A stretch of DNA of 64,000 nt, from positions 19,176-83,175 of the forward strand of contig JBKBPM010000002.1 of assembly GCA_046293175.1 (NCBI GenBank), given 5' to 3'. Positions 28,011 through 37,973 of the stretch are shown here, in pieces. The position numbers were made by a program, and so were the translations under genes. Origin of the DNA: Minisyncoccia bacterium (GTDB taxonomy: Bacteria; Patescibacteriota; Minisyncoccia; Phycocordibacterales; UBA918). The number at the start of each line of letters is the position of its first letter. Within the stretch, counting starts at the first letter, position 1. The notes under the pieces are model-generated. The model was not told the origin of the DNA. It was given only the letters and a program-made list of their open reading frames with translations, and searched no databases.

Positions 28011-28334
28011 TTATTTGGTACCGAGCTCAATAGTAATGTGACTGGCTCGCTTGTTGATGCGAGAAGCCGAACCACGAGCACGTGGCATAAAACGCTTTAG
28101 AGTTGGTGCCTTATCAACAGACACAAACTTCACAATAAGATGATCAGGATTCTGTCCCGCCTGCTTGGCGTTTGCGACAGCTGAAGCGAGGAGCTTACCG
28201 AACTGTACGGCGGCACGCTTTTCAACGAATTGGAGTGCGTGTTGCGCTTTTCCAACCTTTTGACCGCGAATCACATCAGCCACGAGGCGAACCTTGCGGG
28301 GTGATTGGCGATAGTTTTTGAGAGTTGCTTTCAT
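28011..28334 (-). CDS. rplV: 50S ribosomal protein L22
   Basis: 107 aa typical L22. Confidence 0.9.
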   Translation of the reverse strand: MKATLKNYRQSPRKVRLVADVIRGQKVGKAQHALQFVEKRAAVQFGKLLASAVANAKQAGQNPDHLIVKFVSVDKAPTLKRFMPRARGSASRINKRASHITIELGTK

Positions 28335-28339
28335 ACAGT

Positions 28340-28687
28340 TTATTTCTTCTTAGTAGCAGGTCCTGCTGATTTAGCGGCCTTGGCTGCTGCGATTTCGGCT
28401 TCCTTCTTCTTCTGTTCAAGTTCCTTCTGCATCTTACCTCCGTGACGATGGAACTTCTTCGTTGGTGAGAATTCACCAAGACGATGACCCACCATTTCTT
28501 CTGCAACAGTAACCGCAATGTGATCTTTCCCGTTGTGAACGCCGAAGGTGAAGCCAACCATTTCTGGCGAGATCATTGATGCTCGCGCCCAGGTCTTGAT
28601 TACACCACTCTCTCCGGGTTTCTTTCCGGCGATCTTTTTGAGGAGCTTTTCGTCTATGTATGGTCCTTTATATAATGATCTCGACAT
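28340..28687 (-). CDS. rpsS: 30S ribosomal protein S19
   Basis: From internal Met [15 protein letters not shown]; 4 extra upstream codons in ORF track probably not used. Confidence 0.9.
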   Translation of the reverse strand: MSRSLYKGPYIDEKLLKKIAGKKPGESGVIKTWARASMISPEMVGFTFGVHNGKDHIAVTVAEEMVGHRLGEFSPTKKFHRHGGKMQKELEQKKKEAEIAAAKAAKSAGPATKKK

Positions 28688-29076
28688 ATTGAGATTCAAA
28701 CTCTGTTGCGGCGAATTTCTTTGTCGCTACAGTTTCGTGCGTCGTCACGGTACAAAAGTACCGCTCCTCGCCCTCAACTTAGGCTCCTCGAACTTCATCC
28801 ACACCAGACGTTTTCATAGTTAGAATTTGGTAATCCGCTTGCAGCTGTTTTCTCACGTACGAGAAAACCCGCGCAGTGGCGGTGCGATGAGAATCCCTCG
28901 TAAAGACAGGTAACGGCCGGCCTTAACAGGGATTCCCAACATCTTTCATCCCTTTGTTTTGACACTTCCTTGGTAACAGAACGTGCTGTTACCCGAGGTT
29001 GGAACGTGGCCAATACTACGTGAAATAAGGAAAAAAGTCAATCAAATGCTCTCCACCGAGTGCATCCGCATGTTGC

Positions 29077-29140
29077 TTGACATTAATAATTTATTAAATT
29101 ATTATTAAACTACTTCATTATTAATAATTTAAAACATATT
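29077..29140 (+). promoter_or_regulatory. vapB promoter (TTGACA-17-TATTAT) embedded in AT-rich inverted/direct repeats (putative antitoxin operator)
   Basis: ttaataattta / taaattattattaa inverted repeat and third attattaataattta copy between -35 and start codon. Confidence 0.5.
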
Positions 29141-29144
29141 TAGT

Positions 29145-29393
29145 ATGTATCAAACTAAAATAACCAGTCAAGGCACCATTTCTATCCCTGCCCCACTGCG
29201 CAAAAAATATGGTCTTATCCCAGGTGACACCGTAACTCTCGAGGACAACGGTAAAATCACCATTCAGAAAAGTCCCGACTTTGCCTCGGTGCGGGCTCAA
29301 AATGCTAAATACCTGGTTGGTAAAAAACCCTTTATTGCTAAAGGAGGTGATGGTTTTACCATGCATGTGTTAGAAAAATATGGCCAAAAATAA
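29145..29393 (+). CDS. vapB: AbrB/SpoVT (MazE/VapB-like) antitoxin
   Basis: SQGTISIPAPLRKKYGLIPGDTVTLE swapped-hairpin DNA-binding motif; overlaps downstream PIN gene by 14 nt. Confidence 0.7.
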   Translation: MYQTKITSQGTISIPAPLRKKYGLIPGDTVTLEDNGKITIQKSPDFASVRAQNAKYLVGKKPFIAKGGDGFTMHVLEKYGQK

Positions 29394-29784
29394 ATCCGGT
29401 TCGCTTGATACCAATATCTTGCTCCGCCTGATTGTAGGCGATGTTCCAGAGCAAACCGCTGTTATTGAAACTCTTTTGACCAAAGCGGCGGTGCTGCAAG
29501 TAGCCGATATTACCATCTTTGAGACTGTCTTTGTGTTACAAAGTTATTACAAATTTTCTCGGGAAGATATCTATGGGTCACTCACTGCAATTGTCCGTCA
29601 CCCTAAAATTAATTGTAACCGTCGGTTTTTTGAGCAAGCTTTTGCACTATATCGCCAGTACCCAAAACTCTCACTCGTAGACTGTGCTTTAACACTTTAT
29701 GCAGAACTGAACAATGCTTCGCCGTTATTCACCTTTGACAAAGATCTGGCCAAGTCATTAGCCAATACCCAAACATTGTCATGA
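29380..29784 (+). CDS. vapC: PIN-domain ribonuclease toxin
   Basis: LDTNILLRLIVGD (acidic residue 1), ITIFETVFVL, SLVDCALTLYAEL, FTFDKDL PIN signatures. Confidence 0.75.
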   Translation: MAKNKSGSLDTNILLRLIVGDVPEQTAVIETLLTKAAVLQVADITIFETVFVLQSYYKFSREDIYGSLTAIVRHPKINCNRRFFEQAFALYRQYPKLSLVDCALTLYAELNNASPLFTFDKDLAKSLANTQTLS

Positions 29785-30383
29785 TCACCCCTTCGCATCT
29801 CATTTATAGCTGGGCACTCGCCAAACAGACTGAAAAAGTGGCGGCGGGTGAACCAAACAAGTACCGCACGGCCGCCTTTGTTCTAGGCGCCCTGCTGCCA
29901 GATATTCCAGTCTATGTCTTCTTTTTGGTCTGTGGAATGCTGCTCGGCTATGGGCACGAACAACTCTGGGATGATATGTACTTTAATTCCGGCTGGTCGG
30001 TAGCCTTTACCCTCAGTCATTCCCTCCTCTTCTGGCCAAGCATCTACCTGGTAGCTAAGTACAAACGATGGTTTTTGGCGAAGTGGGTGGCTATTTCGGC
30101 CATTTTTCACATTGTGGTCGATTTTTGTGTGCATACGGCTGATGCCTACGCTCACTTTTGGCCGCTCACTGACTGGCGCTTTGTAAGCCCTATCTCCTAC
30201 TGGGACCGGGCGTTTTATGGACAATACGTAGGGTGTTTTGACGCCGCTTTGGTGCTTGGTCTCCTCTGCTGGCTCGCCACTCGCTACCGTGAGAGCAAGC
30301 AGCACTTTTTGATCTACGGACTTTTAGTTCTCGCTTTGGTACGTTTTGGACTCGAATGGTATAACCTCATCAAATATGCCTAA
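29781..30383 (+). CDS. hypothetical His-rich polytopic membrane protein (possibly YdjM/DUF457-like metal-dependent hydrolase)
   Basis: 200 aa, 5-6 TM helices, conserved-looking His/Asp in TM segments (FHIVVDFCVHTADAYAHFWPLTDW). Confidence 0.4.
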   Translation: MITPSHLIYSWALAKQTEKVAAGEPNKYRTAAFVLGALLPDIPVYVFFLVCGMLLGYGHEQLWDDMYFNSGWSVAFTLSHSLLFWPSIYLVAKYKRWFLAKWVAISAIFHIVVDFCVHTADAYAHFWPLTDWRFVSPISYWDRAFYGQYVGCFDAALVLGLLCWLATRYRESKQHFLIYGLLVLALVRFGLEWYNLIKYA

Positions 30384-30684
30384 ACCTCGCGGCAGCGAAC
30401 ATACCACCCTCACCGAAACGGCCGAGCTTCTCGTTCGGGAGCTCAAAAAGCAATCGGGTATCAAAATGATTGCACCAGGTATCATCGACGCTAAACGTTC
30501 AGGTAAGCGTTATATCACTGCAGTCTATACTTCGGCCGGTATTCACTTTATTGTCTCCGGGACCGGGGTGCAAAAAATTGCGGTGCACCTCTCCGATGCG
30601 GAAGATGGACCAAAGCTCGTGGCAACGCTGAAAAACGCAAAAGCCCTCAAGCAGTTTGCCTGGGGCGAGCGACACCGCGAATAA
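30376..30684 (+). CDS. hypothetical protein
   Basis: About 102 aa from ATG overlapping previous stop (ATGCCTAA); no motif recognised. Confidence 0.35.
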   Translation: MPKPRGSEHTTLTETAELLVRELKKQSGIKMIAPGIIDAKRSGKRYITAVYTSAGIHFIVSGTGVQKIAVHLSDAEDGPKLVATLKNAKALKQFAWGERHRE

Positions 30685-30691
30685 ATAGTGT

Positions 30692-31489
30692 CTAGAGCGT
30701 TTCTCGTGGTGGTTTTTTTGGTTGGAATTCTTCAGTGTGCGTTTTCCAGTCAATCACTGTATCATCTACAGGGTGAATTGGATCCTCTGATGCGATATGT
30801 CTAGGCACATCTCCAGCGTAGGGACTCTTAAAAATCTCATTTTTTGTGCTACTGGCACTGCCGTCCTTGACTGAGGCAATAATAGCCTCTTCTTTGGCCT
30901 TTTTATACATATCGAATTCTTTACTTGCGACAATTTCGGTACAAAGAGTGTCTACATCAACACTGGTGAAGGTCAGTGGAGTTAATACACGAATAGCATC
31001 TTTGATTTTTGCCAACACAGCCCTTGCATCTTGGTTGTTTGGATTTTCAATGTTGACAAGCGCCTCCATCAGTTTTGACTTCAAAAAATCATTACGTCCT
31101 AGCACCAACTTTAATTCTTCCAGTCGAGATTCTGGTTCTGCATTAAAATACTCAGCAACAGCTTTTTCCATGACCTCTACACCATACTCATCTCGAATTG
31201 CATCTTTTACATACGACAGCGCAATTATTTGTTCAGAAGTTAACTTTCCGTTTCGTTTCTGTGCGTCTCTGAGAACATTTAGAGTATTGAACATACTAAA
31301 ATTAGTTTGTTCAAGAGACTTTAATACATCTGCTGTCTGCGGTGCTTGTTCTGCTTTAGGTGTGATAAAGCGCTTTACAAAATTATCCAATGCCATAATG
31401 CCAATAGTATACCAGAAACCCAAGAGGGCAACACAAAACCACCCAATCAATGGGCGGTTTTGTGTTGCTTTGAGGCAAATGAGCAACAA
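30692..31489 (-). CDS. hypothetical N-terminally anchored protein, translationally coupled downstream of rplB
   Basis: 265 aa; start 3 nt after rplB stop; AT-richer than flanking ribosomal genes. Confidence 0.45.
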   Translation of the reverse strand: MLLICLKATQNRPLIGWFCVALLGFWYTIGIMALDNFVKRFITPKAEQAPQTADVLKSLEQTNFSMFNTLNVLRDAQKRNGKLTSEQIIALSYVKDAIRDEYGVEVMEKAVAEYFNAEPESRLEELKLVLGRNDFLKSKLMEALVNIENPNNQDARAVLAKIKDAIRVLTPLTFTSVDVDTLCTEIVASKEFDMYKKAKEEAIIASVKDGSASSTKNEIFKSPYAGDVPRHIASEDPIHPVDDTVIDWKTHTEEFQPKKPPRETL

Positions 31490-31491
31490 TC

Positions 31492-32352
31492 TTATGACTG
31501 TCCGCGCATCAAGCGTCCTGGCTTGCGGCGAGTGACAATAAACTTGTTACTAAACTTCTTTGGTGAGCGAGTCTTCTGACCCTTGCCCACTGGACGACCC
31601 TGCTTTGTGCGCGCACGACGGTGACCACGTGGACTGCGTCCCTCACCACCTCCGTGTGGGTGGTCTACCGCGTTCTTGGCTGAACCGCGAGTCTTTGGAC
31701 GAATACCGAGGTGACGAGCACGTCCAGCCTTTCCAATCTTCACGAGGCGGTATTCTTCGTTTGATACCGCACCAATCGATGCCCACGCTTGGCTTATAAT
31801 CTTACGCACTTCAGATGATGGCAACTTAACGAGGGTGTACCCAGCGTCTTGGGCCACGACTTCAGCGTAGTTACCAGCGGAACGAGCGATCCGAGCTCCA
31901 GCGCCAGGCTTGAGTTCAATGTTGAAGATAAAGGCACCAACCGGAATCTTCCCAAGCGGGAGACGGTTACCAGCCTTTGGCTTTGCCTCAGTAGAGGTAA
32001 TAATCTCGTCTCCAACCGCTACCTGCTGTGGAACGAGGATATACCGACGTTCACCGTCCTTGTAGAGAACCAGGGCAATAAAGCCTGAACGGTATGGGTC
32101 ATATTCAATGGTTTCAATCCGAGCTGGAACATCCTTCTTGTCGAACTTGAAGTCAACGAAACGATAGGTTCGCTTGTTTCCACCACCACGGTTGAGAGTG
32201 GTGGTACGACCGAGGTTGTTGCGGCCACCAGTACTGCGTCCACCCTTTGTCAACGACTTCAGTGGGTTACTCTTCGTACTTGTGAGCTTCTTTTTGTACT
32301 CAATCACAGTTCCATCGCGGCGACCGGCTGAGGTGGGTTTATATGCTTTCAT
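31492..32352 (-). CDS. rplB: 50S ribosomal protein L2
   Basis: 286 aa typical L2. Confidence 0.95.
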   Translation of the reverse strand: MKAYKPTSAGRRDGTVIEYKKKLTSTKSNPLKSLTKGGRSTGGRNNLGRTTTLNRGGGNKRTYRFVDFKFDKKDVPARIETIEYDPYRSGFIALVLYKDGERRYILVPQQVAVGDEIITSTEAKPKAGNRLPLGKIPVGAFIFNIELKPGAGARIARSAGNYAEVVAQDAGYTLVKLPSSEVRKIISQAWASIGAVSNEEYRLVKIGKAGRARHLGIRPKTRGSAKNAVDHPHGGGEGRSPRGHRRARTKQGRPVGKGQKTRSPKKFSNKFIVTRRKPGRLMRGQS

Positions 32353-32360
32353 ACGAATTA

Positions 32361-32723
32361 TTACGCAATACTGATAATATCACCGGCCTTAAGATAGACA
32401 TATGCCTTCTTGTAACCAGATTTCTTTTCCTTGCGACCTCGACTCGCTGAGACAGAGGTACGTGGCAATTTGTTCACGATGTTGACCGACACCGGCGTCA
32501 CCTTGTAGAGGGCAACCACCGCTTCAGATACAAGGCGCTTCGTAGCATCTTTGCGAACAAAGAAGGTGTACACGCGTGCGTCCTGAGCCAAAACCGCTTT
32601 TTCGGTTACTACCGGCGCGATAATCACTGAGGTGAGATCGCGGTCGATTGACCGAGCGTTGGTTTTTACCTTGGCGGGGGTTGTCTCTTCGGTTGTTTTT
32701 TTACTGCGACTAAAGAGTGCCAT
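32361..32723 (-). CDS. rplW: 50S ribosomal protein L23
   Basis: 120 aa in canonical position. Confidence 0.85.
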   Translation of the reverse strand: MALFSRSKKTTEETTPAKVKTNARSIDRDLTSVIIAPVVTEKAVLAQDARVYTFFVRKDATKRLVSEAVVALYKVTPVSVNIVNKLPRTSVSASRGRKEKKSGYKKAYVYLKAGDIISIA

Positions 32724-32729
32724 AATACG

Positions 32730-33449
32730 TTACTTAGTAGCTGATACACTCGCCACACGAGCAGTCAAGACTTCGAGAGCTGCGGTTGGTGCAGTCACGA
32801 CGACATACTTGTACGTGAGTAGTTCAACTGGGTTAATATCCTTTGCCATCACCACTTCGATGTTTCCGAAGTTGCGGAAACTCTTTTCGATAGCGAGATC
32901 ACGCTTCGGGAGGATGACTACCGCTGCATTCTTGCGCTTCGTCGCTAAGTCGGCCTTGCCACTACCTGTAGCGAGAGCCTTCACAATATTCTTTGCGACC
33001 GCTGTTTTTGGTTCACTAAATGATACACCATCAAGGAAAAGGACTTCGCCGTCTTCATACTTCTTTGAAAGCACAGTTGCGAGGGCTTTGGCCTTCACCT
33101 TGCGGTTGAGCTTTACACTGTAATCCTTTTCACTGCGTGGCCCATGAGCCACACCACCACCTACCCAAATCGGACTTCGAGTTGAGCCATGACGAGCGCG
33201 ACCAGTTCCCTTTTGCTTCCATGGCTTCTTACCACCACCACTGACTTCACTGCGGTTTTTGGTGTGAGCGGTACCGGCTCGACTGTTTCCCTGCATCGCC
33301 AGTACAACATCGTGCACGAGATCAGCATTCCAAGCAACACCAAATACAGCTGCTGGAAGTTCTACACTTCCGGTTTCCTTTCCTTCAACAGAATAGATTT
33401 TTGCATTCATCCCGTTAGAAGTACTCTTATTTTTTTGTTTTGTTTCCAT
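32730..33449 (-). CDS. rplD: 50S ribosomal protein L4
   Basis: 239 aa typical L4. Confidence 0.9.
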   Translation of the reverse strand: METKQKNKSTSNGMNAKIYSVEGKETGSVELPAAVFGVAWNADLVHDVVLAMQGNSRAGTAHTKNRSEVSGGGKKPWKQKGTGRARHGSTRSPIWVGGGVAHGPRSEKDYSVKLNRKVKAKALATVLSKKYEDGEVLFLDGVSFSEPKTAVAKNIVKALATGSGKADLATKRKNAAVVILPKRDLAIEKSFRNFGNIEVVMAKDINPVELLTYKYVVVTAPTAALEVLTARVASVSATK

Positions 33450-33503
33450 ATAAGTTTTGTATAAACCTCGTTAGAAATTCTAACGTGATTCATATAATTG
33501 GTC

Positions 33504-34130
33504 TTACTTAACACTTCCACGTACTTCGACTAATGTACCCGGACGACCTGGAATTGCACCCTTCACGAGGATGAGATTCTCTGCGGGATTTACCTGGAGA
33601 ACAGTGAGGTTCTTCACCGTGATACGATCCCCCCCCATACGCCCAGCCATGCGCAGACCCTTGATTACACGCTTGAAACCGGTAGCACCGATGGATCCTG
33701 GTTCACGTTCTGAGTGCTTCTGACCGTGACTACGACGTCCACCGCCGAAGCCGTGTCGCTTTACCACACCCTGGAAGCCCTTACCTTTTGATACAGCACT
33801 GACGGTAACAATGTCACCTGGAGCGAAGACTGAGGCGTTAATAGTAGCGCCTACGGTCATGTCACCTGGTACTGTTTCACCGTACGATGATTTTGGACGG
33901 AACTCACGCACAACTGCGGCGCCGGCAAACTGGCCCTGCTGTGCCTTCGCAATCCGGTGACTCTTTTGAGAGCCGGTAGCGAGCTGTACAGCATCATAGC
34001 CATCTACGGCAGCAGTCTTGACCTTGGTAATTGTCGCTGTTTCTACCCTAAGGATAGTGGCTGGGTGACAAACACCGTTTGCGTCAAAAACTTGTGTCAT
34101 GCGGTCTTTGGTTCCAACAATAAACTTCAT
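33504..34130 (-). CDS. rplC: 50S ribosomal protein L3
   Basis: 208 aa typical L3. Confidence 0.9.
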   Translation of the reverse strand: MKFIVGTKDRMTQVFDANGVCHPATILRVETATITKVKTAAVDGYDAVQLATGSQKSHRIAKAQQGQFAGAAVVREFRPKSSYGETVPGDMTVGATINASVFAPGDIVTVSAVSKGKGFQGVVKRHGFGGGRRSHGQKHSEREPGSIGATGFKRVIKGLRMAGRMGGDRITVKNLTVLQVNPAENLILVKGAIPGRPGTLVEVRGSVK

Positions 34131-34374
34131 TTATTCTGGACTTATGCTTATAACATAGCCTTTAAAAACCTCAATGACAAACCGCGCTCTTTTATGGGCG
34201 CGAGCACAAGCTCGCTGCATAAAATAAGCGCGGTTTGTGCCCATTGGTTCTCCGGTACTTACTATATTTCGGTACCTTCAGCGAACATAGGTCTTATAAA
34301 GCTAAGGAGAGTATACCAGAGACGGCTAGTTTTGCAACTAGCCGTCTCTTTACGCTGCTTATGTACTGCCAACC

Positions 34375-35049
34375 TTAGCAATCACTACCGCTACCGCGCC
34401 GTGAACACGCTCCGCCATCTGTGGTTGGCTTTGGTGCCGTACAGTTACTATCAGACACAATCGAGCCGTACTGATCACGACATTCTACCGTACGGACATT
34501 TCTTCCGTTGGTTGTGCTACATGAAGGTGGCCACGGCGCGTTACAAGCATAGGCGCCGGTTACCCACCCATAGACCGGGGTTGAACATTCGGCTAATACA
34601 ACGGTGTGATATTGGTACGTACGTCCAACTGAAGCACAGACATTAGCGGCACTTCCAGTCATTGGTCGGATATACGTACTGTTATCATTTCCATCCCCAC
34701 TCCAGTTCCAGTTACAGGTTACGGCCCAAGCTGGTTCAAAGCATTTTCCCCCAACAATAATTGGGTCATCACCTCCACCCCCTCCTGGTGCACCAGTTGA
34801 TGGATCCCAACAGTTGGCGCCGAGTTCGTCACAATAACGTGGGGACCAGGTTGAGGTAGCAGCCGCCACTATATTAGCCATAAAGTTACCGGTCTTTGCT
34901 TGGGTGGTAGCACCAACATTTATTGGCGCAGGAGTATTATCATTTGGTGCAGTGGCGGTGGGTGCAGACCACTGGGCAGACATGAAGTTGTAGCTTACAA
35001 AAAGAAGGGCAACAAGGCTAAAGATGGCTAAGGAGCGATATTGTTTCAT
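34375..35049 (-). CDS. secreted Cys-rich protein, cassette-family paralog A
   Basis: Signal peptide MKQYRSLAIFSLVALLFVS; conserved N-module ...WDPSTGAPGGGGG; 12-Cys variable C-terminus. Confidence 0.55.
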   Translation of the reverse strand: MKQYRSLAIFSLVALLFVSYNFMSAQWSAPTATAPNDNTPAPINVGATTQAKTGNFMANIVAAATSTWSPRYCDELGANCWDPSTGAPGGGGGDDPIIVGGKCFEPAWAVTCNWNWSGDGNDNSTYIRPMTGSAANVCASVGRTYQYHTVVLAECSTPVYGWVTGAYACNAPWPPSCSTTNGRNVRTVECRDQYGSIVSDSNCTAPKPTTDGGACSRRGSGSDC

Positions 35050-35140
35050 ATAGGAGTATTATAACACACACGCCTACTTAGTTATCTGTAAAATTGGGGA
35101 CAGTATACCAGGAAACTACGTTTGTGTAACTCTTTGTCAC

Positions 35141-36001
35141 TTATGAGCAAGACCGAGTACTACCGAAGGTAACTCCAGTTGGCAATACACAACCAAGACT
35201 AAAACCAGACCCAGCACCAGTTGCCCCAGTGGCTGTCCCGTATGAAGCACATGCGCTAAAATCCCAACTAGCTGGCACATTGAATGAATCCCGCCAATTA
35301 CCAGAAAGTGCAACCGAGCAGAATTTCAGGTCCTGGGCTGCGGTTGATCCACCCGAATTACAGGCTGAGGTACTACCAAACGTCACACCAGTATCGGTCA
35401 AACAACCCATTTGTCGTCCTACTGCGCCGGTTGTTGTCTGAAAACTGGCACACTGAGCATCTCCAAAGCTTGCTGGCACGAGAATAGTATCGCGCCAGTT
35501 CCCAGAAGCAGCAACTACTGAACAAAACTTTCGTGATGGCATCGGTTCTGCAACCGCCCCATCACAGGCGGTATCGTCGTTCTCATAAAATTTATCACCA
35601 GCAATGCAGCCAAAAGCATAGCTCGTCGCACCTACAGCAGTCATAAAGCTCTGGCAGGTAGTGCTGGTCCAAGACCCAGGAACTACAATCGTATCGCGCC
35701 AATTACCACTTACGAGTACTGAACAAATCTTGTACACCAAGCCGTTACCGTTAGCAGCGGTACAATTATTCCCGAGAGCATCACAGTAGCGGTTTGAGCG
35801 CATCTCCGTTGTGGCGGCCAAGATATTGGCGGCCAAGTTGCCATTCTTAGCCTGAGTGGTTGTACCAACATTTATTGGCGCAGGAGTATTATCATTTGGT
35901 GCAGTGGCGGTGGGTGCAGACCACTGGGCAGACATGAAGTTGTAGCTTACAAAAAGAAGGGCAACAAGGCTAAAGATGGCTAAGGAGCGATATTGTTTCA
36001 T
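35141..36001 (-). CDS. secreted Cys-rich protein, cassette-family paralog B (three internal about 68-aa 4-Cys repeats)
   Basis: First about 47 codons and 13 nt of 5'UTR identical at DNA level to paralog A; repeats SGNWRDxIxVPxS...GVTFGSTSxC. Confidence 0.55.
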   Translation of the reverse strand: MKQYRSLAIFSLVALLFVSYNFMSAQWSAPTATAPNDNTPAPINVGTTTQAKNGNLAANILAATTEMRSNRYCDALGNNCTAANGNGLVYKICSVLVSGNWRDTIVVPGSWTSTTCQSFMTAVGATSYAFGCIAGDKFYENDDTACDGAVAEPMPSRKFCSVVAASGNWRDTILVPASFGDAQCASFQTTTGAVGRQMGCLTDTGVTFGSTSACNSGGSTAAQDLKFCSVALSGNWRDSFNVPASWDFSACASYGTATGATGAGSGFSLGCVLPTGVTFGSTRSCS

Positions 36002-36105
36002 ATAGGAGTATTATGACAGAAAAAGCAGTAGCACGTTGTTGTTATACACAAAAACGCCTGAGAGGCGCTTTTGTACAACATTTGAGACGATTCCTGGACG
36101 TATGC

Positions 36106-37302
36106 TTAGCGGCGCAGTAACCAGCCTGCATCTGCCGCGGTAACCGGCCAAGTGTACGTGGGCTGCATATTGCTATACATACACTCGGTGAGTAAATCGG
36201 CACCTACAAATTTGGTTTTGCGCAGCGTGTAGGCAATGACCGGCGCATGAGCGTCACCAGTTACCGACTTCAGTGCATTACAATCACCTTTTTCGAGTGC
36301 CATTGGCGGCAATTGGGATTTGAGAGCCGTGATTGCTCTTGTGAAAGTTGGTGTAGTGGCCGTTTGACCAAAAGCGGTTGGCCAGAGTTGTGCCATTATG
36401 TCCGGGTACCAAGTCTTCATATTTGAATGACCAAACACCCCAGCACCATCTTTATAGATTGCATACTGGGTAGTACTGGCGTTATAAAAGCTGCCAGATG
36501 AACCACCGTAAAGCGCTGTTTTTAATACAGCGGCGCGATCAGATAATTGTTTGGCCCGAGCAGTGTCACTAAATATTTGTTTTTCAATACGGGCAGCCGC
36601 TTCAAGTCCAGCCAAGACCTCCACATTGTCCATCAGGTATTTGATAGGGTAGGTCTTTTTGGCCCAACTGACTCCGTCTACATCTATGAGTGCCGTCAGA
36701 GTGTCCTCCACATTTCTGATTGCTGATTTATTACTCCGAACAAAGGACTTACTCCCACCCGCTGTAATGTAGCGATCCACAACAACGAGAAAGAGAGCTG
36801 CTGAACTGTCCTCTGCGTCAACAGTATTACACTGTCGTTCATCACTTTTCACGGGACAGGTAGTACTATATGCACCATCAAGCGAGTACCAGGTATCAAG
36901 CGGTACCCCTGCTGTGGCATCAATATGGCGGGTATACCACTGTATCCAACGCTGGGCCATGGTGACACTCCCTGATTGACCAGCATCAAGCACACCGAGA
37001 ACTGCTAGGTGGGAAAAATATGGAGTTACTCGACGTAGTGGAGTCTCGGTCCCTTCTTCATACACTGCCACTCCATCGCTTACCGTAATTGCACCAAAGC
37101 TACTCTGGCGACTATTCGTGTATTGGAGCTTTTTAATCCAACCGACTACATTTTGTGTCTGTGTTTTAGATAGCGTGGCAGTGGCTGCTTGCTCGTCGCC
37201 GCTACCGAGCGTCAGCGCTACGACATTTCTATCAGTGGCTACATATATACCTGCACCAATGAGTGTAAGTCCCAGTATTAATAATATAATTTTTTTTCGC
37301 AT
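36106..37302 (-). CDS. hypothetical secreted protein
   Basis: 398 aa, N-terminal signal/TM, no recognised motif. Confidence 0.45.
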   Translation of the reverse strand: MRKKIILLILGLTLIGAGIYVATDRNVVALTLGSGDEQAATATLSKTQTQNVVGWIKKLQYTNSRQSSFGAITVSDGVAVYEEGTETPLRRVTPYFSHLAVLGVLDAGQSGSVTMAQRWIQWYTRHIDATAGVPLDTWYSLDGAYSTTCPVKSDERQCNTVDAEDSSAALFLVVVDRYITAGGSKSFVRSNKSAIRNVEDTLTALIDVDGVSWAKKTYPIKYLMDNVEVLAGLEAAARIEKQIFSDTARAKQLSDRAAVLKTALYGGSSGSFYNASTTQYAIYKDGAGVFGHSNMKTWYPDIMAQLWPTAFGQTATTPTFTRAITALKSQLPPMALEKGDCNALKSVTGDAHAPVIAYTLRKTKFVGADLLTECMYSNMQPTYTWPVTAADAGWLLRR

Positions 37303-37381
37303 AGTAACTATACTGTAGCATACGTACTAACATTGCTTCGCGGTAAATTTAAACACAGCACCTGCCGGCGCTGTGTTTCTC

Positions 37382-37973
37382 TTATGGTGCGCGCAATTCA
37401 CGGACTACATAGTGACCATTACCAGAATTAGTGGTCAGGGTACCAAATCTATAATAATGTCCTGGCGAAATAATAATGGTTGAACCGTTATCAAGATCAC
37501 TGTCATAGTCTTGGTAGTTCATTCTCACTGAGGTGGTAGTTGAAACACCCACATCGATAATCGTACCGTCCCAAATATTCTTATGGAAAACCATAATTGG
37601 CTGATCAGTATTATTTTGGTACCAAACACCCTGGGTACGGTTAACCACTTGCCACGTTTGATTATAACCAATACCACCCCCCGCCCGGCGCGCCAGTACT
37701 TGGATCCCAACAATTATTCCCGGTCTCATCGCAGTACTGTGGAGACCAGGCGGAGGTAGCGGCCGCCACTATATTAGCCATAAAGTTACCGGTTTTGGCT
37801 TGGGTGGTAGCACCAACATTTATTGGCGTAGGAGTATTATCATTTGGTGCAGTGGCGGTGGGTGCAGACCACTGGGCAGACATGAAGTTGTAGCCGGTAA
37901 GAAGGCTTGGGCAGATAACTAACGGGATAAAAGCAAGGGTTTCTTCATATGTAGTCATTCTATTAAGAGACAC
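37382..37973 (-). pseudogene. cassette-family paralog C; reading frame broken at a C6-G-C3 homopolymer (37677-37686); N-terminal signal region replaced
   Basis: ORFs 37662..37973 and 37382..37729 overlap; DNA 37762-37896 about 98% identical to paralog A 34862-34996. Confidence 0.45.

Noticed and set aside
28795-29013. 72-aa ORF in the rpsS upstream region
   Set aside because: No RBS, Cys/Arg/Trp-rich unusual composition, lies across multiple hairpins. The region is more plausibly a structured leader.
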